Shown in pieces: positions 1 through 8,523 of a DNA stretch of 64,000 nt. The notes under the pieces are model-generated. The model was not told where the DNA came from. It saw only the letters and a list, made by a program, of their open reading frames with translations, and did no database searches. Made by a program: the position numbers and the translations under genes. The DNA is from Clostridia bacterium (lineage in GTDB: Bacteria; Bacillota; Clostridia; Christensenellales; QALW01), in contig JAZRXI010000077.1 in the NCBI GenBank assembly GCA_045600145.1, positions 36,482 to 100,481 on the forward strand, in the 5' to 3' direction. The number at the start of each line of letters is the position of its first letter. The first letter of the stretch is position 1.

Positions 1-125
1 AAAAAGTCAAGCGTTTTGCCCCGCTTTTTCAAAAAAAAACGGGCAGAAAACACGGGGACAGCGCCGCCGTGTGGAGTTTTGGGCGGAGCCCCGAAAAGGG
101 GTACAGGAGAGTGTCCTGCGAGAAA
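1..125. repeat. Dispersed intergenic 3'-flank repeat, copy 1 (left part cut by window edge)
   Basis: AAAAAGTCA..TTTTGCCCCGCTTTTT followed by a GC-rich tail ending GTCCTGC aligns by eye with copies at 8341-8523, 12883-13037 and 53419-53588. It abuts the stop of the minus-strand gene at 128. Confidence 0.55.
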
Positions 126-127
126 TT

Positions 128-2245
128 CTACTTAACCTTATACACTCTTATCCCGTTCGCGTTGTACACGGCGTCGTATTTTGCGGCGATCATTTCCTCG
201 TTGACATCGTAGGTGGCTTCTTCTTCTCTGCCGACGACGATATAATCGACATTGTATTTTTCGATCAAGGCTTGGTTTGCTTCGACATCGGAATAAATAG
301 CCGAAACATCATTTTGCAATTTATAGAAGTCCGGCAGACCGTGCGTCGAGAAAAACGAATTGGAGCCGCAGACGACATTTCTGCCGCTCATGCCGGTAAT
401 GGTGTTATTGTACCTGTCATTTGTGAGAAATACATCGTCGCCGTCGGTATTGTTTTGTATCCACCACGCAAGCTCGACCTGCTCGGATGAAAATATCTCA
501 TATTCGCCCGCGACCGCCTCGCGTCCCATCGAAAGCACGGCACTCAGCATGCAAAGTGTCAACACGAGCGCGGCTATGATCTTACTTCCCTTTACCGTCT
601 TGATTTTTGAATAAATAATGCACATGTATTCCGCTACCGCACCGCACACCAGCACATACGCCGGATACAACAGCTTGTTATTATCATATGTGTTCGGCTG
701 AAACGCAAATGTTTCCGCAATGAGCATCAGCACGGCTATAGGTGCGATAATGCTTCTTTGACGCTTGCCTGCGTTAAAAACGGCAGGTATCAGAAGCAAC
801 GCGCATATCCCCACATTTTTGATATAGAACCAAATATACTCATCCTGATAATTTATCCAATTGAAATGCGGACGCAAAAAACCGGAGCCGGAGCTTTGCC
901 TGAACGTAAAGCATATAAGCTGAGGCAGTGCAAGCACGAGCACGGTAATGAGATAAACTCCCCAAGTCGAGAGTATTTGCAGAAACAAGCCTTTTTTGAG
1001 CGCATATATAATAAGGAAGATATATATAGCCGTCATTGCCGTCAAGCCTGCTATAAGCGCGTTTCTGCCGGAAATGTCAAGATCTTTTTTTACAAGATAT
1101 GTTATTATCATAGCTCCCGCGGTCAGAGCGAAAACAACCCACGCGATTACGCCCGTATGCTTGAGCCGGACGGATGCCGCAAGCCGTGAAATCATCCATA
1201 CTGCCGAAATCACTGCAATGCTCAAAAAAATATGCGTGCTTATAAGCGGCGTAAGTCCCGCAAAAATCCCGGCGTGGATAAAATACTTTTTTTCCTTCAT
1301 GAATACCGCGCGGTAGAGCAGATACAACACCGCAAAAAGCATCATCCAGCCGAACAGCGTCGCCCGCTGAGGTATCATCATGTCGCAGAAGGTATTCACC
1401 CAGCGTATCATGCTGGAGTTCAGGTTTGTCGGGGTCTCATACAGCGCAGTGAAAATGCGTGTAAAGTTGTCAGATGAATTTTTGAGTCCGTCAAGGAAAT
1501 AGATAAAGCCGAATCCGCCGTTGAAAAAGAACAACAGCCACGCTATTATCGCACGCGAGAACTTTTTCAACCATTTTTCGAAAAACACATACGCACCCGT
1601 AAATACGTTGAACGCCCCGGCAAGCGTAGGGAGTATGTACGCAAGCCGTAATGACGAGCCGAACACATATACCGATGCCGACACGGTATCGCTCAAAAAC
1701 GGATACGATACCTGCATCGTTGGCAAAATATTGTACACAAACGGCATTTTACCCTGCGCCACGGGAGTTGTTATGAAGCTTAAATGGATGTTCGCGTCAA
1801 AGTAGGTGCTTTGCCCGAAAATAAGACCGCCGTCCGGCGCGGGAGCAAGAATGTGATTAGTTTCAACAATCGTGTAGAAAACACACATCGGGATTATAAA
1901 CAACAGTGCGAGCAAATCGTTCTTATACGACGTAAAGCGCTGCTGATTTTTCCGGGATCTGCCATTTTTTCTTTTGGATATATATGACGCAACAATCAAA
2001 ATACCGAGAAGCACAAGTGCCGTGATATGCGAAAGTATATTGAAGCCGAGCACGATGGAGCATACCGCCGGAAGCCACATGAGCATAACCGTTCCGAGCG
2101 TTGTGCCGAGCCAGAGGCGCACGAACGGTCTGAACGCATCAAAAAGCTTTTGCGAAATAAATATGCCCGCCGTCAGATAAATGATAAAATAAAGGAAACC
2201 CGAAAGGTTTCCGAAAAAAGTGCCGCTGAACATAAAAAACATCAT
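128..2245 (-). CDS. Polytopic membrane protein, GT-C-type glycosyltransferase-like (PMT/ArnT/STT3-like); function uncertain
   Basis: Long ORF with many hydrophobic segments followed by a soluble C-terminal domain. Start placed at MMFFMF (2245) to clear the dnaA stop at 2262; the ORF is open up to 2332. Confidence 0.45.
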   Translation of the reverse strand: MMFFMFSGTFFGNLSGFLYFIIYLTAGIFISQKLFDAFRPFVRLWLGTTLGTVMLMWLPAVCSIVLGFNILSHITALVLLGILIVASYISKRKNGRSRKNQQRFTSYKNDLLALLFIIPMCVFYTIVETNHILAPAPDGGLIFGQSTYFDANIHLSFITTPVAQGKMPFVYNILPTMQVSYPFLSDTVSASVYVFGSSLRLAYILPTLAGAFNVFTGAYVFFEKWLKKFSRAIIAWLLFFFNGGFGFIYFLDGLKNSSDNFTRIFTALYETPTNLNSSMIRWVNTFCDMMIPQRATLFGWMMLFAVLYLLYRAVFMKEKKYFIHAGIFAGLTPLISTHIFLSIAVISAVWMISRLAASVRLKHTGVIAWVVFALTAGAMIITYLVKKDLDISGRNALIAGLTAMTAIYIFLIIYALKKGLFLQILSTWGVYLITVLVLALPQLICFTFRQSSGSGFLRPHFNWINYQDEYIWFYIKNVGICALLLIPAVFNAGKRQRSIIAPIAVLMLIAETFAFQPNTYDNNKLLYPAYVLVCGAVAEYMCIIYSKIKTVKGSKIIAALVLTLCMLSAVLSMGREAVAGEYEIFSSEQVELAWWIQNNTDGDDVFLTNDRYNNTITGMSGRNVVCGSNSFFSTHGLPDFYKLQNDVSAIYSDVEANQALIEKYNVDYIVVGREEEATYDVNEEMIAAKYDAVYNANGIRVYKVK

Positions 2246-2261
2246 CCCTGCCGTAAAATCA

Positions 2262-3605
2262 TCATTCGCCGCGCAAGCGCATCGTGATATCATCCACATA
2301 GTTTTTGAGCGTATCATCGGTTTTGACGGCATTTCTTATCTTGCCTATACCGTTTATCACGGTGGCGTGGTCACGTCCGTTGAATTCGTCGCCTATGCGC
2401 GATGTTGAAAGGTCGGTAAGCTCACGGCACAGATAGTACGCTATCTGACGCGGCATTACCACGCTTTTATCTCTGCGCGTGCCTATTATATCCTCGGGAG
2501 TTATTCCGAAATATCCCGCGACGGCTTCAATTATCATTTCAGCTGTATAGTACTCGGGTATTTCGTTGTGATAGTCCTTAAGCGCATCACTGACAAGCTC
2601 CGCAGTAAAGCTTCCGCCTATGAGCGATGAATACGCCGTTACACGCTTGAGCGCGCCTTCAAGCTCGCGGACATTGTCGCTTGCTCTTTCGGCTATCATC
2701 AAAAGCAGATCTTCACCTATCCTGATGTTCTCGATCTCCGCTTTTTTGCGCAGGATAGCAGTACGGGTCTCAAGATCGGGCGGAGTGATATCAACTATAA
2801 GACCGCCTTCGAAGCGTGAGCAAAGTCTGTCCGAAAGCGTTGCGATATTTTTCGGCGGTCTGTCGGAGGAAAGGATTATCTGCTTGTTGGCGTTGAACAA
2901 ATCGTTGATATTATGGAATATCTCTTCCTGTGTGCTTTCCTTTTTCTCCAAAAACTGAACATCGTCTATCATCAGAACATCGACGTTCTGACGGTACTTT
3001 TCTCTGAACGACGCTATCTGATGCTTTGAAAGCGCCTTAATAAAATCGTTCGTATACTTTTCGCATGTAGTATACATTACCTTTGTTGACGGTGATTCGC
3101 TTAGTATGTAGTTTCCTATGGCGTGCATGAGATGCGTTTTGCCCAGCCCCACGCCGCCGTATATGAACAGCGGATTATTGAGCGTTGCGGGAGATTCCGC
3201 CACACTTACCGCCGCCGCGTAAGCAAACTGATTGCTCGTACCGATAACAAAATTGTCGAATGTGTATTTTTCATTGAGCATCGGATGCGGTATGACCGTC
3301 TGCTCCAACTCGTTTTGGTTAACTACCGAAGGTATCTCATCCTCTATTATTATAACGGCGTCGGCGCCATTGCCATCAATGACGATATTGAGGGCGGCAA
3401 CGAGATACTGATGCAATGCGCCGTCATTGCCCGTCATGATACGTCTGCGGTGCATATCGGAGGGAGCTACCAAAAACAGAGTATTGTTCTGAAACTTGAA
3501 CGGTTTGAGCGTAGCTATCCACGTCTTGTATGTGATAGGCTGTATTTCATGCTGTGATTGTTCAAGGATCGAACATATTTGCCCGAAAATTTCTTCCGCC
3601 GACAT
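2262..3605 (-). CDS. dnaA: Chromosomal replication initiator protein DnaA
   Basis: 447 aa. Walker A GGVGLGKTHL, AAA+ core, and C-terminal DNA-binding helix region (RRDKSVVMPRQIAYYLCRELT). DnaA boxes lie upstream. Confidence 0.97.
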   Translation of the reverse strand: MSAEEIFGQICSILEQSQHEIQPITYKTWIATLKPFKFQNNTLFLVAPSDMHRRRIMTGNDGALHQYLVAALNIVIDGNGADAVIIIEDEIPSVVNQNELEQTVIPHPMLNEKYTFDNFVIGTSNQFAYAAAVSVAESPATLNNPLFIYGGVGLGKTHLMHAIGNYILSESPSTKVMYTTCEKYTNDFIKALSKHQIASFREKYRQNVDVLMIDDVQFLEKKESTQEEIFHNINDLFNANKQIILSSDRPPKNIATLSDRLCSRFEGGLIVDITPPDLETRTAILRKKAEIENIRIGEDLLLMIAERASDNVRELEGALKRVTAYSSLIGGSFTAELVSDALKDYHNEIPEYYTAEMIIEAVAGYFGITPEDIIGTRRDKSVVMPRQIAYYLCRELTDLSTSRIGDEFNGRDHATVINGIGKIRNAVKTDDTLKNYVDDITMRLRGE

Positions 3606-3709
3606 TGCTTTACCTCTTTCGTTTTTTTGCTGAGTGCTACTATCATATCACAAAATTTTCGGTTTATCAAGAGAAAAAAGCGTTTTTGCAAAATAAATTT
3701 TTGCAAAAT

Positions 3710-3718
3710 TGTGGATAA
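3710..3718 (-). promoter_or_regulatory. DnaA box (TTATCCACA, perfect)
   Basis: Plus strand reads TGTGGATAA, the reverse complement of the consensus 9-mer. Confidence 0.8.
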
Positions 3719-3740
3719 CTTTTTGTTTTGCACAATATCT

Positions 3741-3749
3741 TGTGGATAA
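3741..3749 (-). promoter_or_regulatory. DnaA box (TTATCCACA, perfect)
   Basis: Plus strand reads TGTGGATAA. This is the second copy, 31 bp from the first. Confidence 0.8.
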
Positions 3750-3836
3750 CTAGCAAATAACACAGCTTAACACCATCGTACAAAAAAATTTCATGACAGC
3801 TTCACAGCAAATTTTCGCTCTTTTGGATTTTTTCGT

Positions 3837-3865
3837 TTGACACAATCAGTTCATTCCGTTATAAT
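3837..3865 (+). promoter_or_regulatory. Sigma-A-type promoter of the rpmH operon
   Basis: TTGACA (3837-3842), 17-nt spacer, TATAAT (3860-3865); about 100 nt upstream of rpmH. Confidence 0.65.
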
Positions 3866-3967
3866 AATAACGTTATTGTAAGTTGGTGGAACTTGCATTT
3901 CCCGCGTTTTCGCGATCATAAAGCAAATTTGCGCCCATAGAGGCGATTATGAAAGGATGATTTTATC

Positions 3968-4102
3968 ATGTTAAGAACTTATCAACCCAACCGTCGTAAG
4001 AGAAAGAAGGTACATGGCTTCCGCAAGAGAATGCAGACCAAGAACGGACGCAACGTACTTCAGAGACGTCGTCGCCGCGGCAGAAAGGTACTCAGCGCGT
4101 AA
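3968..4102 (+). CDS. rpmH: 50S ribosomal protein L34
   Basis: Hand translation gives [44 protein letters not shown] (44 aa, below the ORF-track cutoff). The position upstream of rnpA is canonical. Confidence 0.95.
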   Translation: MLRTYQPNRRKRKKVHGFRKRMQTKNGRNVLQRRRRRGRKVLSA

Positions 4103-4117
4103 TTCGGAGGTGCCCTC

Positions 4118-4465
4118 TTGAAAAAACAGGACATGCTAAAAAAGAACAAAGAGTTCAGGTACGTCGCTTCGAGAGGCAAATCATACGCAACACCTTACAT
4201 GGTGTTGAAGTGTGCAAGCATAAGGGCAGGCATAAAAATAGGTCTTTCGGTAAACAAGGGCTTGGGTAACGCCGTTGTCCGCAACAGAACAAAGCGCATC
4301 ATGCGCGCAGGTATCACGCCGCTTTTGCCTTCATTAAAGACAAATACGGCATACCTTTTTATTGCCCGAAAAGCACTCGTAGGCAAAAAGTCCGATTTTG
4401 CACAGTCGGAAATGCTTTCTTTGCTTTCAAAAGCGGGTGCTTACAAAGACAGGTGTGAAGAATGA
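4118..4465 (+). CDS. rnpA: Ribonuclease P protein component
   Basis: 115-aa basic protein directly after rpmH. TTG start 7 nt after GGAGG. RnpA-like motif [11 protein letters not shown]. Confidence 0.9.
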   Translation: MKKQDMLKKNKEFRYVASRGKSYATPYMVLKCASIRAGIKIGLSVNKGLGNAVVRNRTKRIMRAGITPLLPSLKTNTAYLFIARKALVGKKSDFAQSEMLSLLSKAGAYKDRCEE

Positions 4466-4704
4466 GACAACCTGTAAAGTACATTCTGCTCCGGCTGATA
4501 GAATTCTACCAAAAGCAGGTATCACCCTGCTTTCCGCCGGCTTGCAGGTTTTACCCCACTTGCTCCGAGTATGCACGCGAAGCGATAGAACGCTTCGGTG
4601 CCCTTAAGGGCGGAGCGTTTGCACTGTGGCGCATAGTGCGTTGCAATCCATTTTGCAAGGGCGGATACGATCCCGTGCCGCTCAAGAGAGGACAATCCAA
4701 GTGA
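4462..4704 (+). CDS. yidD: Membrane protein insertion efficiency factor YidD
   Basis: 80 aa with [22 protein letters not shown] motifs. ATGA overlap with rnpA; located upstream of yidC. Confidence 0.88.
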   Translation: MRQPVKYILLRLIEFYQKQVSPCFPPACRFYPTCSEYAREAIERFGALKGGAFALWRIVRCNPFCKGGYDPVPLKRGQSK

Positions 4705-5714
4705 GTTATATTAGTGAGTTTTTCGGCTGGATTTTCGATTGGATCAACGGCTTTACAAACAACTACGGTCTGTCGATAATCCTGTTTACGATACTTTTCA
4801 GGCTCGTGCTGTCACCCTTTGACATAAGAAGTCGTATCGGTCAGCGCGAATATACCGCCAAGATGGCTAAAATACAGCCTGAAATTGATATGATAAACAA
4901 GGCATACAAAAACAATCCCGAGAAAGCACAGCAGAGAATGATGGAAGTGCGTAAGCGCGAAGGCATCGGCATGATGCCCAAGGGTTGCGGTATGATGTTA
5001 TTGACCTACCCTATTCTTCTTGCGTTCTTTGCCGTATTCCGTAATCTCGCCGCTGAAAAGCTTTGTGAGCTTTCACAGCTTGCAAGTGACGCGGACATAG
5101 CGCAGTGGTTTGATACAAACAGCTTTTTGTGGATAAAAAACATTTGGCAACCCGACGTATATCTTAACTTCGGTCAGACATGGGGTCTGAGAACACTGTG
5201 GATAATCAAGAATATCGACGGATACATTCTGCCGCAGGCAAACGGCATAGCCGCAGTATTGCAATCGGCATTCAAGAGTGGAATGCTTGATGTATTCAAT
5301 CCCGGTGGGCTCGATTTCGCAGCGTTTACGGAGCAGGTAGCCACGGGGCTCGACGCGGCAAGAAGCTTCGCCTCATCCAATTTTGCGACCGGCGCATCAT
5401 GGATAGGCGGAAACGGCTTCTATATTTTCCCGATCCTTGCAGGCGTTGTACAGATTTGGAGTCTTAAGGCAACAAACGTACAGCAGCCGGCGCCCACCGA
5501 CGCTCAGGCGGCTCAAGCGGCAAGTACGGGCAAATTCATGAAGATATTCTTCCCCATAATGTTTGTTTATTTCTGTCTTGTATCATCTACGGCGCTCGCT
5601 ATTTATTGGGTTACCTCCAGTCTTTGCATGCTCGTTTTGAATTTTGTTATCAATAAAGTTCTCGACGCACGTGACAAAAAGAAAGCTTTAGCAGTTGAAG
5701 GAGAAAATAAATAA
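4701..5714 (+). CDS. yidC: Membrane protein insertase YidC
   Basis: Multi-TM protein in the rnpA-yidD-yidC-jag order. Start placed at the GTG overlapping the yidD stop; the ORF track's ATG at 4626 lies inside yidD. Confidence 0.88.
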   Translation: MSYISEFFGWIFDWINGFTNNYGLSIILFTILFRLVLSPFDIRSRIGQREYTAKMAKIQPEIDMINKAYKNNPEKAQQRMMEVRKREGIGMMPKGCGMMLLTYPILLAFFAVFRNLAAEKLCELSQLASDADIAQWFDTNSFLWIKNIWQPDVYLNFGQTWGLRTLWIIKNIDGYILPQANGIAAVLQSAFKSGMLDVFNPGGLDFAAFTEQVATGLDAARSFASSNFATGASWIGGNGFYIFPILAGVVQIWSLKATNVQQPAPTDAQAAQAASTGKFMKIFFPIMFVYFCLVSSTALAIYWVTSSLCMLVLNFVINKVLDARDKKKALAVEGENK

Positions 5715-6508
5715 TGGCAAGAGTCTTGGAAATTGAAGGCGATACCGTCGATCAGGCTTTATATTTAGGGCTTGAGCAGATGGGCCTTTCAATAGACGAA
5801 ATTGAAATGGAAGTAATTGAATACGGCAAAAAAGGCTTCATGGGCATTGGAAGCAAGCCCGCAAGAGTAAAGCTTACCGAACGTGAAGAAGCAATTGTGC
5901 CTGATTTTATTCTGAACAAAAAAGAAAAAGCCCCCCGTAAGGACAAAAAAGACCGTCCGCATAAAGACAGACGCGACAAATTCGAAAACCGCCGCGCTTC
6001 TGACGGTGATGGCGTTCCCGCGGTCAAAAAAGAGTATTTCCCCGAAGGTACCGAGTTCGTCGAAAACGAAGTTACTGAGTTTTTGAGCGGACTTATGAAG
6101 CATATCGGTGTCAACGGAACAGTAAAAGCCGCCAACACCGACAACGGTCTGCTTATCAACCTCGAAGGTGACGACATGGGCGTGCTCATCGGACATCGCG
6201 GCGAAACGCTCGACGCGATACAGTATCTTGCTTCGCTCGTTTACAACAAGGATAAAAATGATTATCAGCGCGTTACGGTCGATACCGAGAACTACCGCAC
6301 AAAACGTGAAGGAACACTCATCCGCCTTGCCCGCAAAAAAGCCGGTCAGGTAGCGCGCACAGGTCGCAAAGTCGTACTTGAGCCGATGAGCCCGTTTGAA
6401 CGCAGAATAATCCATTTTGCGCTCCAGAACGATAAATATGTTACCACCTACAGCGAGGGCGAAGAGCCTAACCGCCACATAGTTATCGACAAGAAGAAAG
6501 ACGAATAA
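5714..6508 (+). CDS. jag: RNA-binding protein Jag/KhpB (Jag_N, KH, R3H domains)
   Basis: 264 aa. Lys/Arg/Asp-rich linker; C-terminal R3H-type region (LEPMSPFERRIIHFAL). 1-nt overlap with the yidC stop. Confidence 0.85.
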   Translation: MARVLEIEGDTVDQALYLGLEQMGLSIDEIEMEVIEYGKKGFMGIGSKPARVKLTEREEAIVPDFILNKKEKAPRKDKKDRPHKDRRDKFENRRASDGDGVPAVKKEYFPEGTEFVENEVTEFLSGLMKHIGVNGTVKAANTDNGLLINLEGDDMGVLIGHRGETLDAIQYLASLVYNKDKNDYQRVTVDTENYRTKREGTLIRLARKKAGQVARTGRKVVLEPMSPFERRIIHFALQNDKYVTTYSEGEEPNRHIVIDKKKDE

Positions 6509-6566
6509 ATTTCGCGATGACTCCCCCACTTATAAGTATTCACCACGAAAAGTGCCCAAAAAAAAC

Positions 6567-6595
6567 TTGACAAACGCTTTATCAGCTGATATACT
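6567..6595 (+). promoter_or_regulatory. Sigma-A-type promoter of the riboswitch-mntP unit
   Basis: TTGACA (6567-6572), 17-nt spacer, TATACT (6590-6595). Confidence 0.65.
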
Positions 6596-6603
6596 ATAAG
6601 TGC

Positions 6604-6729
6604 TTTGAGGGAGTAGCGAGCGCACAGCAAGTGCGTAGCAAGTCAACAATCCCGGCGTCGTGCCTGATTTTGCTTCAAATTGCGAGACTCAGATATACCC
6701 TATCGCGGTATATTTGAGTCTCTTTTTTT
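6604..6729 (+). promoter_or_regulatory. Probable yybP-ykoY (Mn2+) riboswitch with terminator expression platform
   Basis: GAGGGAGUAGCG matches the conserved GGGGAGUAGC core, and a ..UUGCGAGAC.. element sits in the 3' half. Terminator hairpin GAGACTCAGATATACC/GGTATATTTGAGTCTC (6684-6722) followed by a T-run. A manganese exporter gene lies directly downstream. Confidence 0.7.
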
Positions 6730-6746
6730 ATATTGGAGATGATTTT

Positions 6747-7328
6747 ATGGATGTCTTCTTATTCATATTCAATTCGTGCTGTCTCGGTGTCGGACTTGCG
6801 ATGGACGCATTTTCGGTATCACTTGCCAACGGTCTGAACGAACACGATATGAAAGCACGAAAAATGTCACTGATAGCGGGAGTGTTTGCGATCTTTCAGG
6901 CGCTCATGCCGATGATAGGCTGGATATGCGTTCACACCGTGGTAGAATACTTCAAGTCGTTTGAAAAATTCATACCGTGGATCGCGCTTGCTTTACTTAT
7001 ATATATAGGCGGCGGAATGCTTATCGGCGGCATCCGAAAAAAGGCAGATGACGGCGAAATCAAAAAGCTGACGGCGGGCACATTGCTTGTTCAGGGGGTA
7101 GCGACGTCGATAGACGCACTGTCCGTAGGTTTTACGATAGCCGGCTACGGTCTTTACGAGGCGATCGCCGCATCACTGATAATCGCGGCGGTAACGTTTG
7201 CGATATGTATGCTCGGACTGAAAATAGGCAAAAGATTCGGCATGCGTTTTGCCAATTCCGCATCAGTATTCGGCGGGATAATACTCATAATAATCGGTTT
7301 TGAAATCTTTATAAGCGGAATATTATAA
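6747..7328 (+). CDS. mntP: Manganese efflux pump MntP
   Basis: Starts MDVFLFIF.. 8 nt after GGAGA. Duplicated DAFSV/DALSVG motifs typical of MntP. The ORF-track start at 6660 would run through the riboswitch terminator. Confidence 0.85.
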   Translation: MDVFLFIFNSCCLGVGLAMDAFSVSLANGLNEHDMKARKMSLIAGVFAIFQALMPMIGWICVHTVVEYFKSFEKFIPWIALALLIYIGGGMLIGGIRKKADDGEIKKLTAGTLLVQGVATSIDALSVGFTIAGYGLYEAIAASLIIAAVTFAICMLGLKIGKRFGMRFANSASVFGGIILIIIGFEIFISGIL

Positions 7329-7342
7329 ATCAGGAGGTAAAT

Positions 7343-8320
7343 ATGTTAATTCCGATACTTTTGTTTCTTTTAGGACTTGTACTTCTGATAAAGGGCGGCG
7401 ATTGGTTTGTCGACGGTGCAACGGGCATCGCCAAGCGTCTGCATGTGCCGGAGCTGCTGATAGGCGCTACCGTGGTCTCTATCGGCACGACATTGCCCGA
7501 AGTCATGGTCTCGGCGACCTCTGCGGCACAAGGCTTCGGTGCGATGGCCTACGGCAACGCGATAGGCTCGATCATCTGTAATACATCACTTATAGCGGCG
7601 ATAACGGTCGCTATAAAGCCATGTGAAACTGACAAAAAATCTTTGACTGTCCCCGTTCTTTTTTTCTTCTTTGCGGCGTTAATTTATTCATTCACGGCGT
7701 ATCTCGGCGGCTACTTTTCAAGACCTATAGGCATTTGTTTACTCGCTGTCTTTGTACTGTATATTGCGATAAATGTTTCATCGGCGCTTAAGGAAAGCAA
7801 GAAAAACGTCGTAAGCGAAGAAATAAGCGGAAGCATTGCAAAGGATATAATCCTGCTGATAATCGGTGCAGTACTCATCGCCGTCGGCGCAAAGCTGCTC
7901 GTCGATAACGGAACTAAAATTGCCGAAGGCTTTGGTGTTCCCGAATCCGTCATTGCAATAACTTTTGTCGCGCTCGGCACTTCCCTGCCCGAGCTCGTCA
8001 CCGCGATAACCTCGCTTGTAAAAGGACATGGTGCACTGTCACTCGGAAATATAATCGGCGCAAATCTTTTCAACCTCGTGCTTGTCAGCGGAATTTCGAT
8101 CGCCATAAACCCGTTTGATATCAGCGAAGGCATAGCGAACGGAACAATGAAATCGATTGCCGGCATGAATGCCTCACTTATTGTCGATGTTCCCGTAATG
8201 CTCGCCGTAATGCTGATCCTAACCGTGCCGCCGCTCGTGCGAGGCAAACTCTCCCGCGTTCAGGGAATACTCCTGCTTGCAATATATACGGCTTTCTGCG
8301 TGTTTCAATTCGTGGTATAG
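7343..8320 (+). CDS. Ca2+/cation antiporter, CaCA family (YrbG-like Na+/Ca2+ exchanger)
   Basis: 325 aa with about 10 TM segments. Two alpha-repeat motifs, GATVVSIGTTLPE and ALGTSLPELVTAI. Confidence 0.8.
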   Translation: MLIPILLFLLGLVLLIKGGDWFVDGATGIAKRLHVPELLIGATVVSIGTTLPEVMVSATSAAQGFGAMAYGNAIGSIICNTSLIAAITVAIKPCETDKKSLTVPVLFFFFAALIYSFTAYLGGYFSRPIGICLLAVFVLYIAINVSSALKESKKNVVSEEISGSIAKDIILLIIGAVLIAVGAKLLVDNGTKIAEGFGVPESVIAITFVALGTSLPELVTAITSLVKGHGALSLGNIIGANLFNLVLVSGISIAINPFDISEGIANGTMKSIAGMNASLIVDVPVMLAVMLILTVPPLVRGKLSRVQGILLLAIYTAFCVFQFVV

Positions 8321-8340
8321 CATAAGGGGCTCCTTTTCCT

Positions 8341-8523
8341 TGACCCTACCCGTTTTTTTCAAAAAAGCGGGACAAAAAACTTTTGTGACTTTTTGAAAAA
8401 ATCTCCCGCCGTAAGTAGGACGGGAGATTTTTTATTATAAAACAATAAAAGTATTTTGCCGAGCTTTTAAAAAAAGCTCGCAGAGGTGCGGGGACGGAGT
8501 CCCTGCGAAAAAAGAGAGGCCGA
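8341..8523. repeat. Dispersed intergenic repeat, copy 2 (palindromic composite: the arm is present on both sides of the central hairpin)
   Basis: Right arm ..TATTTTGCCGAGCTTTTAAAAAAAGC..GGGGACGGAGTCCCTGCG. The left arm is the reverse complement of CAAAAAGTCACAAAAGTTTTTTGTCCCGCTTTTTT. Lies between convergent genes. Confidence 0.65.
8395..8434. terminator. Bidirectional intrinsic terminator (core of repeat copy 2)
   Basis: A6, then ATCTCCCG..CGGGAGAT hairpin, then T6, between the convergent 7343-8320 (+) and 8524-10824 (-) genes. Confidence 0.7.

Larger units (their letters stand above)
3606..3967. other. dnaA-rpmH divergent intergenic region; candidate oriC segment or dnaA autoregulatory region
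   Basis: AT-rich 360 nt between divergent dnaA and rpmH. It contains two perfect DnaA boxes in the same orientation, 31 bp apart. Confidence 0.5.

Noticed and set aside
6660-6746. N-terminal extension of the mntP ORF in the track (start at 6660)
   Set aside because: This stretch contains the riboswitch 3' half and a strong terminator hairpin with a T-run. A good SD and ATG occur at 6735-6749.
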